The notes under the pieces: model-generated
Seen by the model: only the letters and a program-made list of their open reading frames with translations
What the model was told of the DNA's origin: nothing
Database searches by the model: none
Origin: Rikenellaceae bacterium
GTDB taxonomy: Bacteria > Bacteroidota > Bacteroidia > Bacteroidales > Rikenellaceae
Assembly: GCA_015059965.1 (NCBI GenBank)
Contig: SUZM01000011.1
Span: forward strand, 13,640 to 77,639
Length of the DNA: 64,000 nt
Direction: 5' to 3'
Shown: positions 36,797-46,228 of the stretch, one piece after another
Position numbering within the stretch: position 1 is the stretch's first letter
Layout of the letters: each line of letters begins with the position of its first letter
Translations under genes and position numbers: made by a program

Positions 36797-38755
36797 TTAC
36801 TCTTCAACGGTCTTTCCCTCAATGAGGAACGAGATGCGGGGATCCGACTCCTTGAAGGTGCCGTCAGCCATGCGCAGGGTCCACTTCTCGGCCTTGAAGA
36901 TCTCGTTCCAGATCTTCTGGTCGTCCCACAGCGGGGTGGCGTAGGTCAGCTGCAGCGTGGGCACATAGTCGCGCAGGACGAAATCGACGGCGAGAATACC
37001 CTCGCAGGTCGAAAGGAAGCTCTTGAAGTAGGGGAAGCCCATGCGTACAGGCATCTTCTCGATACCCGACATCGGCACCTCGTAGCGGGCACGCGGGAAT
37101 TGGCTCTCATCGGCGCACTTCTCGAGATTCTCCACAAAGCGACCCTTCAGTTTCTTGATATCCTCAAACATCAGGTTGATAAACTCGTCGCGCGTTACGG
37201 TACCCTGACGGGTGCAGGTTACCAGGTCGAAGTTCATCGGGATGGGTTTCGTCTCGGCCTTGGCGTTGGGGAAGATGTACTCCTCGACCTCGACCAGCTC
37301 GCGGATCTGCTTCTCGGTGAAGCCCTTGGCGGGATCGACAAAGAGCTCAACATGTACCGGGCAGTCGAACTGCGAGGTGAAGCCGTAGATTCCCTCCACA
37401 TCGAAGAAGACCAGCCCGAAGTGGGTCATATCGGTGCGGTCGCGCAGACCCTCGACACCAAGTACCAGGCGCTCCAGTACGGGAACCGTCTCATCGGGGG
37501 TGGCATATTTGCGGATTGTGGGGGTGAAGAGCACCTCCTGCAGCTTGCGCTCGTTGGTGATCTCGGGATCGTAGAGGATCTCCACGGCGTGGCTGCGCAC
37601 GAAGGTCTTCACACCGTGCACACCGGCCACGCTCTGCATCTTGGCCGAGAGGGCCTTCGAGCTGCCGAAGCACTTGATCGACTGCAGTCCCTCCATCTTG
37701 AAGGTCTGAAGATTCTCCTTCTGCTCATACTCGCCCCACTTCTCGTCGATGGTCGGCAGCTCCCACTTGTTGCCCAAATAGAGTGCCGAGGCGAAGAGCA
37801 GCACGGCCAGCAGGGCGGGAGCCCAGCGCAGACTCTTGCGACCGTTCACCTGCAGGGCACCCGTGTTGCAAGCCGAGATGCAGTTGCCGCACATCGTGCA
37901 GTCGATGTGGCGAACCTTCGTGAAGTCGTGGATGGGGATGTTGTGCGGGCAACGCTTCTCGCAGAGTCCGCAGCTGTTGCAACGCTCCGTGTCGCGGTCG
38001 ATGGTCAGCACCGGAAGGAAGCAGCTGCGCATCTTGAGCGCCTCGAGCAGGTAGCCGCCGGCGCACATCACGCCCAGTACCCATACCCAGCCGCCTTCGA
38101 TGCCGAGTTTCGAGAGACCCCATGCACCGAGCATCATCAGCACGAAGAAGGGGGTAAACTTGAAGATGTTGCTCAAGGCCCCCAGCGGGCAGATGTAGCG
38201 GCACCAGAACATCTTGACGAAGAGGCTGCCGAGGAAGAGTACCGTCACCATGATGGCCGAGAGCCAGGGGATGATCTCACCCTTGAAACCGGTGGCCAGG
38301 GCATAGTAGGGGTCAAAGCGCTTGCAGAAGAGCTCGCTGGCATCGATCGTGTAGTAGAAGATCACGAACAGGAGCACATACTTCACCACGCGCAGCAGGC
38401 GATCGACGATCGAACCCGTGCGCACCTCGATGTTGCAGTGCATCTTCTTGCCCAGCTTGCCCAGCCATTCGCTCACCGTGCCCAGGGGGCAGAGGTAGCC
38501 GCAGAAGAGTCTGGAGAAGAGGATCACGCCCACGGCGAGCGTAATACCCATCATGATCTGGAGCATTGACATGGAGCAGGCCAACGAGTTGCTGTGCAAG
38601 TAGGTAGACAGCGCTTCCAATCCGCCGAAGGGGCAGTAGGCCTCCACATCGACGGGCTGTTCGTTGATCTTACGCCAGGCAATGGTCCCCACAATGGCGG
38701 CCAGCACGCCCCATTGCAGCAGGTTTTTCAGGTAGTTCGGATGCGAATGTTTCAT
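36797..38755 (-). CDS. membrane polyferredoxin (NapH/CcoG-like 4Fe-4S protein) with ~320-aa C-terminal extension
   Basis: 652 aa with TM segments carrying CPFGG, CGYLCPLGT and CRYICPLGA motifs. It has two ferredoxin motifs (CNSCGLCEKRCP, CTMCGNCISAC), followed by repeated beta-alpha-beta-like modules. Confidence 0.8.
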   Translation of the reverse strand: MKHSHPNYLKNLLQWGVLAAIVGTIAWRKINEQPVDVEAYCPFGGLEALSTYLHSNSLACSMSMLQIMMGITLAVGVILFSRLFCGYLCPLGTVSEWLGKLGKKMHCNIEVRTGSIVDRLLRVVKYVLLFVIFYYTIDASELFCKRFDPYYALATGFKGEIIPWLSAIMVTVLFLGSLFVKMFWCRYICPLGALSNIFKFTPFFVLMMLGAWGLSKLGIEGGWVWVLGVMCAGGYLLEALKMRSCFLPVLTIDRDTERCNSCGLCEKRCPHNIPIHDFTKVRHIDCTMCGNCISACNTGALQVNGRKSLRWAPALLAVLLFASALYLGNKWELPTIDEKWGEYEQKENLQTFKMEGLQSIKCFGSSKALSAKMQSVAGVHGVKTFVRSHAVEILYDPEITNERKLQEVLFTPTIRKYATPDETVPVLERLVLGVEGLRDRTDMTHFGLVFFDVEGIYGFTSQFDCPVHVELFVDPAKGFTEKQIRELVEVEEYIFPNAKAETKPIPMNFDLVTCTRQGTVTRDEFINLMFEDIKKLKGRFVENLEKCADESQFPRARYEVPMSGIEKMPVRMGFPYFKSFLSTCEGILAVDFVLRDYVPTLQLTYATPLWDDQKIWNEIFKAEKWTLRMADGTFKESDPRISFLIEGKTVEE

Positions 38756-38855
38756 CTTGACTTGTTTTATGTTTTCTTGCGTGTTAGTTTACGCCACAAA
38801 GGGGAATCGGCCGATGGCCGACTCCCTTGGAGGCAATTCTGATTTTGCCCAATAA

Positions 38856-40427
38856 CTATTCCTTATCCTTTATGCAGCGAATCGATCCGCCGGCAAGGAA
38901 GTTACCCTTGGCAACCTGTACGCGTTCGAACGAGGCGTTCCAGAGTGACATGAAGTCGTAGAACTGGATGTTCTTGAGCGAACCGTCTTCGTTGGTGGTT
39001 GCCGAAATGAAGGTCGAACCGCGCACATAGCTCATTACGCCATATACGCCGTCGTAGTTCGTTACCAGGTAGCTGCCCTTGGCGCTTGTCGTGGTCTTGT
39101 TGCGGGCGCCGGCAAACGACCAGGGCCATCCGGCCTCGGCCAATGCACTCAGCGAAGCTCCGCTGATGGCGGCATCATAGTAGGCACCCTCAGGATTGGT
39201 CAGCGCACCATCGGCACAGTGGCCCACCAGACCGGTCATCTCCGTAACGGTCGGGATGTGCCAGCCCTCGGGGCAGATACCCTGCGTACCCTCTAACGAA
39301 GCGGCATTTTCAGCCGTTACAGCCTCCACACCGAAGGCCGTGGCGGCATCGTAGAGCAGACCCAGCGTAGTGACCAGGTTGGGATCGGCTACCTTGTCGG
39401 CATTGGCTGCCGGGTACCAGATACCGGCATCCTCAGCCGGATCGCTCGATACGGTCTTGCCTTCCGGGATGTAGCGCAGGTTCTCGGCCATCCAGGTGTT
39501 GCCGTCGGCCAGGACTACCGTATTATAGGTCTCGCCGTGGTAAACAAAGTAACCCTCATACTCGGTGAACTCCTCCTCTACGGGGGGCACCTCACCGCCA
39601 TCCTCGGGCTTCAGCTCACCCATATCCTCCCAGTTCTCGATCTCATCGCCAAGCTCCACATCTACGCTCGAGGGGAGTACGGTGATGGACATCGAGTACT
39701 GACCACCGCTCTGGAGCGTGGCCTCGGCCAGGCTCTGGGTGAAGAGCTCCGTCTTACCCTCCTTCTCGGTGCTGACCACCACCTTCAGGGCTGCGGTCTG
39801 CGGCACGATGATGGCGGCATACTTCGACCCCGGAGTCAGCTCGCGAGCCTTGATCGTCGTGGCCTCCACGCCGGCCTTGACAGCTGCGCTCTGTTCCTCA
39901 ACCGAGATCTCGGCCGTCGGCACGACGTTGTAGAGCGTAACACCCGTTACGGTGGCATCGTAGTCGTTCGTGATGTTGATCACGATCTTGGTCATCTTGT
40001 GGTAGAAGGTCATATCGATGGCCTGTGTCGAGGGGGTAACGCCCTCCTTGCGGGCCATCATCAGATCCGAGGCGAAGTAGCCGTCGCCGGTCTGATCTTC
40101 CTGGATCGTGAACTCCGCAGGCTGCGTCTCGGCATAGGGGTAGTAGGCCGTGAGCGTAGCCTCCAGGCCGGCATCCTCATACCACTCCAGGCCGGTGGCC
40201 GAGGTGAAGAGCTCGCCCGAGAAGACCAACTTGGCATTCTCGGCGTGCAGACCCTCTGCCGTGGTGATGTTCAGACCGATGGCATCGCCCTTCTCGAAAT
40301 CCACCTCTGTGGCACGCGTGATGGTGGGATCCACCGCTACAGCCTTCCGTCCCGAGAGGCTCTCACCGGCCTCTTTCGTACAGCTTGCCAGAACTATGGC
40401 CGCTGCAAAAATCAATAATTTTTTCAT
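38856..40427 (-). CDS. surface lipoprotein: fimbrillin-like N-terminal module fused to a FISUMP (Fibrobacter succinogenes major paralogous) domain
   Basis: The ORF is 38856..40433 (TTG). The ATG gives MKKLLIFAAAIVLASCTKE. The N-terminal part is homologous to the gene at 1..1392 (FEKGDAIGL...LEWYEDAGLEATLTAYYPYA). The C-terminal part has NTWMAENLRY...GICPEGWHIPT. Confidence 0.82.
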   Translation of the reverse strand: MKKLLIFAAAIVLASCTKEAGESLSGRKAVAVDPTITRATEVDFEKGDAIGLNITTAEGLHAENAKLVFSGELFTSATGLEWYEDAGLEATLTAYYPYAETQPAEFTIQEDQTGDGYFASDLMMARKEGVTPSTQAIDMTFYHKMTKIVINITNDYDATVTGVTLYNVVPTAEISVEEQSAAVKAGVEATTIKARELTPGSKYAAIIVPQTAALKVVVSTEKEGKTELFTQSLAEATLQSGGQYSMSITVLPSSVDVELGDEIENWEDMGELKPEDGGEVPPVEEEFTEYEGYFVYHGETYNTVVLADGNTWMAENLRYIPEGKTVSSDPAEDAGIWYPAANADKVADPNLVTTLGLLYDAATAFGVEAVTAENAASLEGTQGICPEGWHIPTVTEMTGLVGHCADGALTNPEGAYYDAAISGASLSALAEAGWPWSFAGARNKTTTSAKGSYLVTNYDGVYGVMSYVRGSTFISATTNEDGSLKNIQFYDFMSLWNASFERVQVAKGNFLAGGSIRCIKDKE

Positions 40428-40470
40428 ACGCAATTGTTTTATAGTTAATAGTTTTCTATTTTTTTGCTCG

Positions 40471-40516
40471 TCTCTTTATTCCTCGGTTCTTTATTCCTCG
40501 TCTCTTTATCTTTCGG
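40471..40516. repeat. tandem direct repeat 3 x 15-16 nt (TCTCTTTATTCCTCG-like)
   Basis: Seen in the spacer between the DUF6850-like gene and the fimbrillin-FISUMP gene. It resembles the CTCTTTATTTCGG end of repeat copy F. Confidence 0.8.
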
Positions 40517-40527
40517 CTTCATTGCAT

Positions 40528-42045
40528 TTACCATCGGTATCCGAAGGCAAGCGTTGAGGTGATGCGGTTGGGCTGGGGGACCACGCTGAGGTTAAAACCG
40601 TGCTCCCAGAGTGCCGACAGGTCGGTATAGAATCCCTTGCCAAGGTAGATGCGCACGGCAAGTTCCACCCCTAAGCGGCAGGCCGTCAGGTATTCGTTCT
40701 CCCAGGCAAAGAGCTCGCTCTGCTGCATCGGATAGGGGCTCTCGGGGATTAAGCTGCTCTCGGAGGCCTCCCATTCGCTGTGGCTGCCTCGGCGGAGGTG
40801 CATGCCGAGTGTCAGTTCGGCCGGTCGCCAGCTGTAGCGCTCCCGAATGAAGAGGTGCCATTGGCGCAGGGTCTGCCCCATGATCCGGGGGTAGAGGAGC
40901 GACGATTGCTCGCGGCGCAGGGTGTATGCTATCCCCGCCTCAAAGTGTGATCCTCCCTGCTCCCACTCATAGCCCAGGCCCGTGTGGAGGGTTCTCTGCT
41001 CGAGGATGGGCACCGAGCCGTAGACGGTGGGGATCGTCACGCCGCCCTCGGTGGTGGTCGTGAGGATCACCTCGCGATTCTTGAGCAGCTGCCAGTCGAT
41101 CTCTGCGCGCAGGATGTGGCGAGCCCCCTTTTGGGTGCGGTGGTGCCAACTGATCAGACCGCTGAGGCGGTCGCCCTCAAACTCATGCCATACGCTCCCC
41201 TTCTCGCCCGTGTCACCCGAGGTGTGGCGGTATGCTGCTTCGCCGAAGAGCTCGCCGTATTGGAGTTGCAGGCCTGCGCCGTGGATGTTCTTCTGAATCG
41301 GGAAGGAGGTGATGCCCGATTCGTCGAGGTGGAGATCACCACTGGTCCAGAGTTGTTCGACACCATAGTAGAGTCCCTTGTCAAGGAAGGCCTTGTAGGA
41401 GTCCGGAGTGGAGCCGATCTCCTCGGCTTCAACGCTCTCGGTGTGCTTCTCGAAGAGGTAGACGGCACCCACGGCCCAGCGCCCCTTGTGCCACTGCACG
41501 GCGGGGATGACTTCAAAGTCGAGGGTTGTGTTTTTGTGGCGCAGGTCCTTGCGTTTGGCGTAGTTGCCGGCCATGAAGTCGATGCCGATACCCAGGCGCC
41601 AATGCTCTCCCATGTCGGCCGAGAGGTCGCCCTCAAAGGCGTAGCGCTCGCGGATCTTACGTCCGGGGGTGTACTCGTAGAGGTCTACGGGCCACGAGCC
41701 CGGGGTGGTGAACATCGAGCCCCACATCTCGCTTCCGGAGAAGTAGTCGTAGGCGAAGTTGCCGGCAAAGGAGAGGCGTTTGAAGTGGCGAATCGACTCC
41801 GTGCGGCCTCCGGCATCAAAGCCCTTGTCGGTGGACGAGTGGTTCATCAGCCCGCCCCGCTCGAGGGTTCCCCACACCTCGGCGTAGGAGTATTCCGTTG
41901 TGTCGCAGCGCAGACCTGCGCGGTTGAGCGAGGCGTTCCACGGGTTGTGGCCCATCACCTCCTCGAAACGCTGGGCCCTCAACCCTTCGGGTGCGAGGGT
42001 GTAGGCAATGAGGAGCAGTATGCTCAGGATGGTCTCTCTTCTCAT
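40528..42045 (-). CDS. outer-membrane beta-barrel protein (DUF6850-like)
   Basis: 505 aa with a signal peptide, alternating strand pattern and terminal ...LAFGYRW. The family name is from memory. It overlaps the upstream gene by 4 nt. Confidence 0.7.
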   Translation of the reverse strand: MRRETILSILLLIAYTLAPEGLRAQRFEEVMGHNPWNASLNRAGLRCDTTEYSYAEVWGTLERGGLMNHSSTDKGFDAGGRTESIRHFKRLSFAGNFAYDYFSGSEMWGSMFTTPGSWPVDLYEYTPGRKIRERYAFEGDLSADMGEHWRLGIGIDFMAGNYAKRKDLRHKNTTLDFEVIPAVQWHKGRWAVGAVYLFEKHTESVEAEEIGSTPDSYKAFLDKGLYYGVEQLWTSGDLHLDESGITSFPIQKNIHGAGLQLQYGELFGEAAYRHTSGDTGEKGSVWHEFEGDRLSGLISWHHRTQKGARHILRAEIDWQLLKNREVILTTTTEGGVTIPTVYGSVPILEQRTLHTGLGYEWEQGGSHFEAGIAYTLRREQSSLLYPRIMGQTLRQWHLFIRERYSWRPAELTLGMHLRRGSHSEWEASESSLIPESPYPMQQSELFAWENEYLTACRLGVELAVRIYLGKGFYTDLSALWEHGFNLSVVPQPNRITSTLAFGYRW

Positions 42046-43286
42046 AAGCTCTTCAGGGATTGTTCCTCGCGCTCGTAGAGGTCAGTCGAGGAGTTGTTTG
42101 TGTCGATATAGATCTCATAGCCCGAGGCTGCGGTGGCCGCCTCATCGAGGTGGCGATGCAGGGTGTGGCCCATGGCCGAACCCGAGAGCAGGACGAAGCC
42201 GGCATCTACCGAGTCGGGCAGTCGCTTGGTGTTGTTCGAAGCGGTGCCGTTGTAGACCTCCACCCCATCGAGTATCCACTCCCAGGGGACCTTCACGCAG
42301 AGGTCTGTTGATCCCGGTTTGGTGATCGTGGAGTTGGCTCGGTCGGCCAGATATGCCTCGATGTCGGTCCCCTCGGGGGCGCGGAAGATCACCAGCGTGG
42401 GCGAATTCACCGAGAGGATGTAGCCATTCGAGCGACCGGTCTTGATCAGCACCTCGCAGTAGCGCTCCTCGCTGATCTGGTCGCCAGGTGCCGGGTGGTA
42501 CATCACATTGGGGTAGAGGGTGGGGTTGTAGCAGGCAAAGTAGTCTGTCCGGTTCAGGTTCACCGACTCGGGGTATTGTGCCGTGTGGTCGATGGCACCG
42601 TTTATCGCCACCACGGCCCCTTCGCCCGGAGCCAGCGGGAAGTCGGTGCCCGAGCCCGGCAGTCGCCATACGGCCTCGGTGATGGGGGCATACTCGCGGA
42701 AGGTGACCGCACCTGTTTCGGGGTCGATCGTGGTCCAGACGTTGCCGGCCGGGGCGTTTGAGTTGTAGGGGTCGAGCGTGCCGAAGCAGAGGCCGTCCAG
42801 GTACTGCACTTCGGCGTGGTTGTTGTGCAGGATGAAGTAGCGGTCGGCTTGGTAGTAGCCTTCGTAGGGGGCCTTCGAGCAGCCGCCGCTGTAGAGCTCG
42901 CGGATAACGATCTGCCCGGGCTTCGAGTAGGTGAGCGGCACTCGCAACTGCAGGTTGCCGTCGGTGAGGCGCACCTTGTCGCTCAGGCCGTTGAAGATCG
43001 CCTCGTCGCTCTTGTCTGCTACCGTAATGCGGTAGAATCCCTTGGTGAGGCTGAAGCGGGCGCACCCTTTGGCATCGGTCGGTTGCATATAGGCAGCGGC
43101 CGTGTAGATGTTCTCGGCCCTCACGGCGATTCCTTCGCGCAGGAACTCCTCATACCCTTCGGGGTAGTCTACCTGCACCTCGAGTTGGAGCAGTGCCTCA
43201 TCGTAAACCCCCTCGGAGAGGGTCGTGCAGCCGACCAGCAGGGCGCTCAGGCCGACCAGAAAAAGCCTATGGAGTTGTCTTCTCAT
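42042..43286 (-). CDS. lipoprotein (DUF4876-like)
   Basis: 414 aa with lipobox LLVGCTT. It starts 6 nt after the TonB-dependent receptor gene. The family name is from memory. Confidence 0.7.
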   Translation of the reverse strand: MRRQLHRLFLVGLSALLVGCTTLSEGVYDEALLQLEVQVDYPEGYEEFLREGIAVRAENIYTAAAYMQPTDAKGCARFSLTKGFYRITVADKSDEAIFNGLSDKVRLTDGNLQLRVPLTYSKPGQIVIRELYSGGCSKAPYEGYYQADRYFILHNNHAEVQYLDGLCFGTLDPYNSNAPAGNVWTTIDPETGAVTFREYAPITEAVWRLPGSGTDFPLAPGEGAVVAINGAIDHTAQYPESVNLNRTDYFACYNPTLYPNVMYHPAPGDQISEERYCEVLIKTGRSNGYILSVNSPTLVIFRAPEGTDIEAYLADRANSTITKPGSTDLCVKVPWEWILDGVEVYNGTASNNTKRLPDSVDAGFVLLSGSAMGHTLHRHLDEAATAASGYEIYIDTNNSSTDLYEREEQSLKSL

Positions 43287-43292
43287 GGTGTA

Positions 43293-46127
43293 CTAAAACT
43301 TTAGGCGCAGGGTCACTCCGTAGTAGAAGCCCGGGGTGCGGATCACACGCACACCCGAGGCGTATGAGGTGACGTAACGGCGCGAGTTGGTGAAGTTGTT
43401 GGCATAGAACGAGATCGAGGCGATGTTTCCGATCTCCTTGGTGATGCTCAGATTGGCCGAGAAGTAGGGGTCGTAGCCATCTGTGTCGTACTGGTAGGCC
43501 GTGCCCGAGCGCAGGATGAGCGGAGCGAAGGCGGGATCGGCGGCCTCGGCATCGGTGAAGGGGTGGATCACCCCGTCGGTGGTCATGTAGTAGAGCGGGC
43601 GGATGGCCGTGTAGTTGCCTCCGTCGTAGATCGAGCCCCCCAGGGGGTTGCCCTCTTCATCGACATTGTAGGCGTACTCTTCACCCCCGTAGCAGCTCAG
43701 GTTCTGGCTCTGTTTCACGAGTGAGGCCTCTAAGCGCAGGGTGATGATCATGCGGATCGAGGGGATGTGGGTCGTCGTCGTGAGATTTACGTCGAGCGAG
43801 TGGCTCTTGTGGCCGTTGTAGGTTACCGATGTGAGTCCCTTGTTGTCGGCGTAGATGCCCACATATTCGTAGGAGTTGCCGCTCTGGGTCGTACTCGATA
43901 CCGAGGGGTAGTACCAGGAGGTACCCTCGCTGATGTATTTTGTGTAGGTATAGGCGGCATCCAGGCGAATCTCGGTGCGAATGGGGTTGATCGTCGGGAA
44001 CCAGGCCGTGAGCTCGGCTCCCATGCGGTCGATGGGCGATCCGTTATCTTGTCTCTTGCTGCGGGTGAAGGTCTCGTTGCGCCCTTTGTGTTCCATTTTT
44101 ATCCACCCTTCGGAGAGGTTGTCGCCATCGCGCACGAAGAGTTCACCGGTCTGCGAATCGACCTTCAGCAACGGATTCTGGGGGATCACATACCCTTCGG
44201 GGGTGCCGTAGCGGTCGAAGGCGATGGGCAGGAACTCCACCGTGGTTTCATAGGGGTTGTGGGTGCGGTTGAAGAAGGCCGCCAAGGAGATGCGGGTCTT
44301 GCCCGGTCGGAGGTCTAGACCCACCTCGGCGTTGCGGTTGCGCTGCCATTTCAGTTCGGGGTTGAACGCCATCTGATAGGGGTGGGTGTAGTAGACATAG
44401 GAGTTTCCGCCCGACCAGGTGAGGTCGAAGACGCGCACGTCGGTGTACTCCGGACGGGGGTAGAGCACGCCGAGCGAGGGGAGCTTCTCGGCCAGGCCCC
44501 AGCCACCGCGGATCGAGACCTTTTCACTCAGCTTCCAGCGGGCATTCAGACGGGGTGACCAGGTGAGCGTGTGCTGGTAGTCGCTCCCCTCGATAAAGCT
44601 CTTCTCTCCGCGCAGACCCGCCATCAGGGTGAGCGATGTGGAGCCCACCGGAAGGGTCAGGGTCTCCTCGATCCAGAAGGCCAGGTTGTGCAGATAGGGA
44701 ATCTCGGTGTAGGGGTAGGGGCGGTAGCCGTGGGGGGCCAGGGCGGGGTCTTCGTAGTACTCGCCTTGGCCGACATTTCCTTCGGAGCGCCACTGCAGGC
44801 CCGCCTTCAGGTTACTCAGCCAGCGACCCTCGTCCCACGAACGGATCCACTTTGCCTTGAGCGAAGCTTCGTAGTCGAGTTGCTTGGAGTCGATGTATTG
44901 GGTGGCGAAGTGGTTCTCGGGGAGCAGCGTGGCCGGGTAGTACCCTTCGTAGGGGCTGTGTACGGCCGGCAGGCGCGAGCTGTTTGAGACGTAGGTGGTA
45001 TTGCGTTGCAGATTGTCCGTGTAGTTTACCGACCCCGAGAGCTCCACGTCGGTGATCCAGCGCTTGTTGAGCAACCATTTGAGCGAGGCGTTGGCTCGGA
45101 TGACGTTGTCGCGTTCGTGCTCGCTCTGTCCGCGGAAGACGTCGGGATCATCCTCGGTGTTCATGCCGCCCAGGTTGCCGGATAAGCCCGCCTCGAGGCG
45201 CAGGACCTCGAGCAGGGTATTCGAGTAGTGGAGCGAGAGACCCGAGCGGGAGTAGGAGGAGTAGGGAGATACGGGATTTTTGGTTGCACGGGCATACTCC
45301 AGCGCCGTGTTCAGAACTCCTTTTTTGGGGCCCAGGTCGAAGCCCTTCGATAGGGAGGCCTGCTTCGTGCGCGGGTTGGCCATCAGCTGGATGTTCCAGG
45401 GGGTCTTGCCCTTGCGGGTAGAGATCTTCACCATGCCGCTGCCCACATCGCCATATTCGGCCGAGGGGACACCCGTGATCACCTCCACCTGTTCGATGTT
45501 CGTCGAGGCGATATTGCGGGTCGAGGCTCCCGAGGCTTCGCCCATCGAGGAGTTGGTCGAGAGGCGCACGCCATCGACCTCCACAGCAGTCGAGAAGGCG
45601 GCATTACCCACCGACTCGCCGCCATCGCGCAGCGAGAGGATGTTATCCTCCATCAGGTCGGGATTGACGGTCTTGCCACCCGGCAGCAACGATTGGATAT
45701 CCGAGGCGTTGAGCACCTGCATGTGCTCCAGGGCATTGCTGCCGATGGTGCGCGAAGTGGAGAGGGCGCTGCCGCTCTCGGTGGCTGTTACCACCACCTC
45801 ATCGACCTTCAGGTTGTCCTCGATCATCTCCAGGCGGATCACTCCGCTTGTCGGAACGCGGATTTTGCTCTCGAGGGTGACGAAGCCCAGTGAGGTTACC
45901 GCGACGAGGTGCTCGCCCGCCGGGACTCCTTTCAGATGAAAGTCTCCTTTGTCGTCCGCCACGGCCCACAGCCCGAGTTGAGGGAGTTCGATGACTGCCA
46001 TCTCAACGGGAGTCTCCGATCCTTTAACAACCACCCGTCCCTCAATGGACGAGTGTTGAGCCGCTGTTCGTAGCGGCAGCAACAGCGTCAGCCATGTGCT
46101 TAAAATGCATATCGTATACCTCCACAT
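43293..46127 (-). CDS. TonB-dependent receptor with N-terminal carboxypeptidase-regulatory-like domain
   Basis: 944 aa with a signal peptide. CarbopepD-like IEGRVVVKGSETPVEMAVIELPQLGLWAVADDKGDFHLKGVPAGEH, then a plug and barrel ending YGVTLRLKF. Confidence 0.9.
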   Translation of the reverse strand: MWRYTICILSTWLTLLLPLRTAAQHSSIEGRVVVKGSETPVEMAVIELPQLGLWAVADDKGDFHLKGVPAGEHLVAVTSLGFVTLESKIRVPTSGVIRLEMIEDNLKVDEVVVTATESGSALSTSRTIGSNALEHMQVLNASDIQSLLPGGKTVNPDLMEDNILSLRDGGESVGNAAFSTAVEVDGVRLSTNSSMGEASGASTRNIASTNIEQVEVITGVPSAEYGDVGSGMVKISTRKGKTPWNIQLMANPRTKQASLSKGFDLGPKKGVLNTALEYARATKNPVSPYSSYSRSGLSLHYSNTLLEVLRLEAGLSGNLGGMNTEDDPDVFRGQSEHERDNVIRANASLKWLLNKRWITDVELSGSVNYTDNLQRNTTYVSNSSRLPAVHSPYEGYYPATLLPENHFATQYIDSKQLDYEASLKAKWIRSWDEGRWLSNLKAGLQWRSEGNVGQGEYYEDPALAPHGYRPYPYTEIPYLHNLAFWIEETLTLPVGSTSLTLMAGLRGEKSFIEGSDYQHTLTWSPRLNARWKLSEKVSIRGGWGLAEKLPSLGVLYPRPEYTDVRVFDLTWSGGNSYVYYTHPYQMAFNPELKWQRNRNAEVGLDLRPGKTRISLAAFFNRTHNPYETTVEFLPIAFDRYGTPEGYVIPQNPLLKVDSQTGELFVRDGDNLSEGWIKMEHKGRNETFTRSKRQDNGSPIDRMGAELTAWFPTINPIRTEIRLDAAYTYTKYISEGTSWYYPSVSSTTQSGNSYEYVGIYADNKGLTSVTYNGHKSHSLDVNLTTTTHIPSIRMIITLRLEASLVKQSQNLSCYGGEEYAYNVDEEGNPLGGSIYDGGNYTAIRPLYYMTTDGVIHPFTDAEAADPAFAPLILRSGTAYQYDTDGYDPYFSANLSITKEIGNIASISFYANNFTNSRRYVTSYASGVRVIRTPGFYYGVTLRLKF

Positions 46128-46228
46128 AAAGAAATGATCGTTTTTGTTTGCAAAAATACAAAAAAACGGTCATTTCTTTATAATGGTTGGTCGAAAAATG
46201 TGTTGTACTGGTTTGAAAATAGTTCTTT

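Noticed and set aside
36212-38569. 785-aa plus-strand ORF, the longest of several very long ORFs antisense to annotated genes. Others: 53418-55103 (561 aa), 25960-27516 (518 aa), 32218-33681 (487 aa), 15606-17036 (476 aa), 19914-21326 (470 aa), 3994-5358 (454 aa).
   Set aside because: Each lies codon-aligned opposite a gene with strong family signatures (polyferredoxin, glyQS, rpoN, OPT, purL, TonB receptor, murA). Their translations are low-complexity and rich in H, R, G, A, L, D and E, with no motifs. High GC3 coding DNA typically leaves the antisense frame free of stops.
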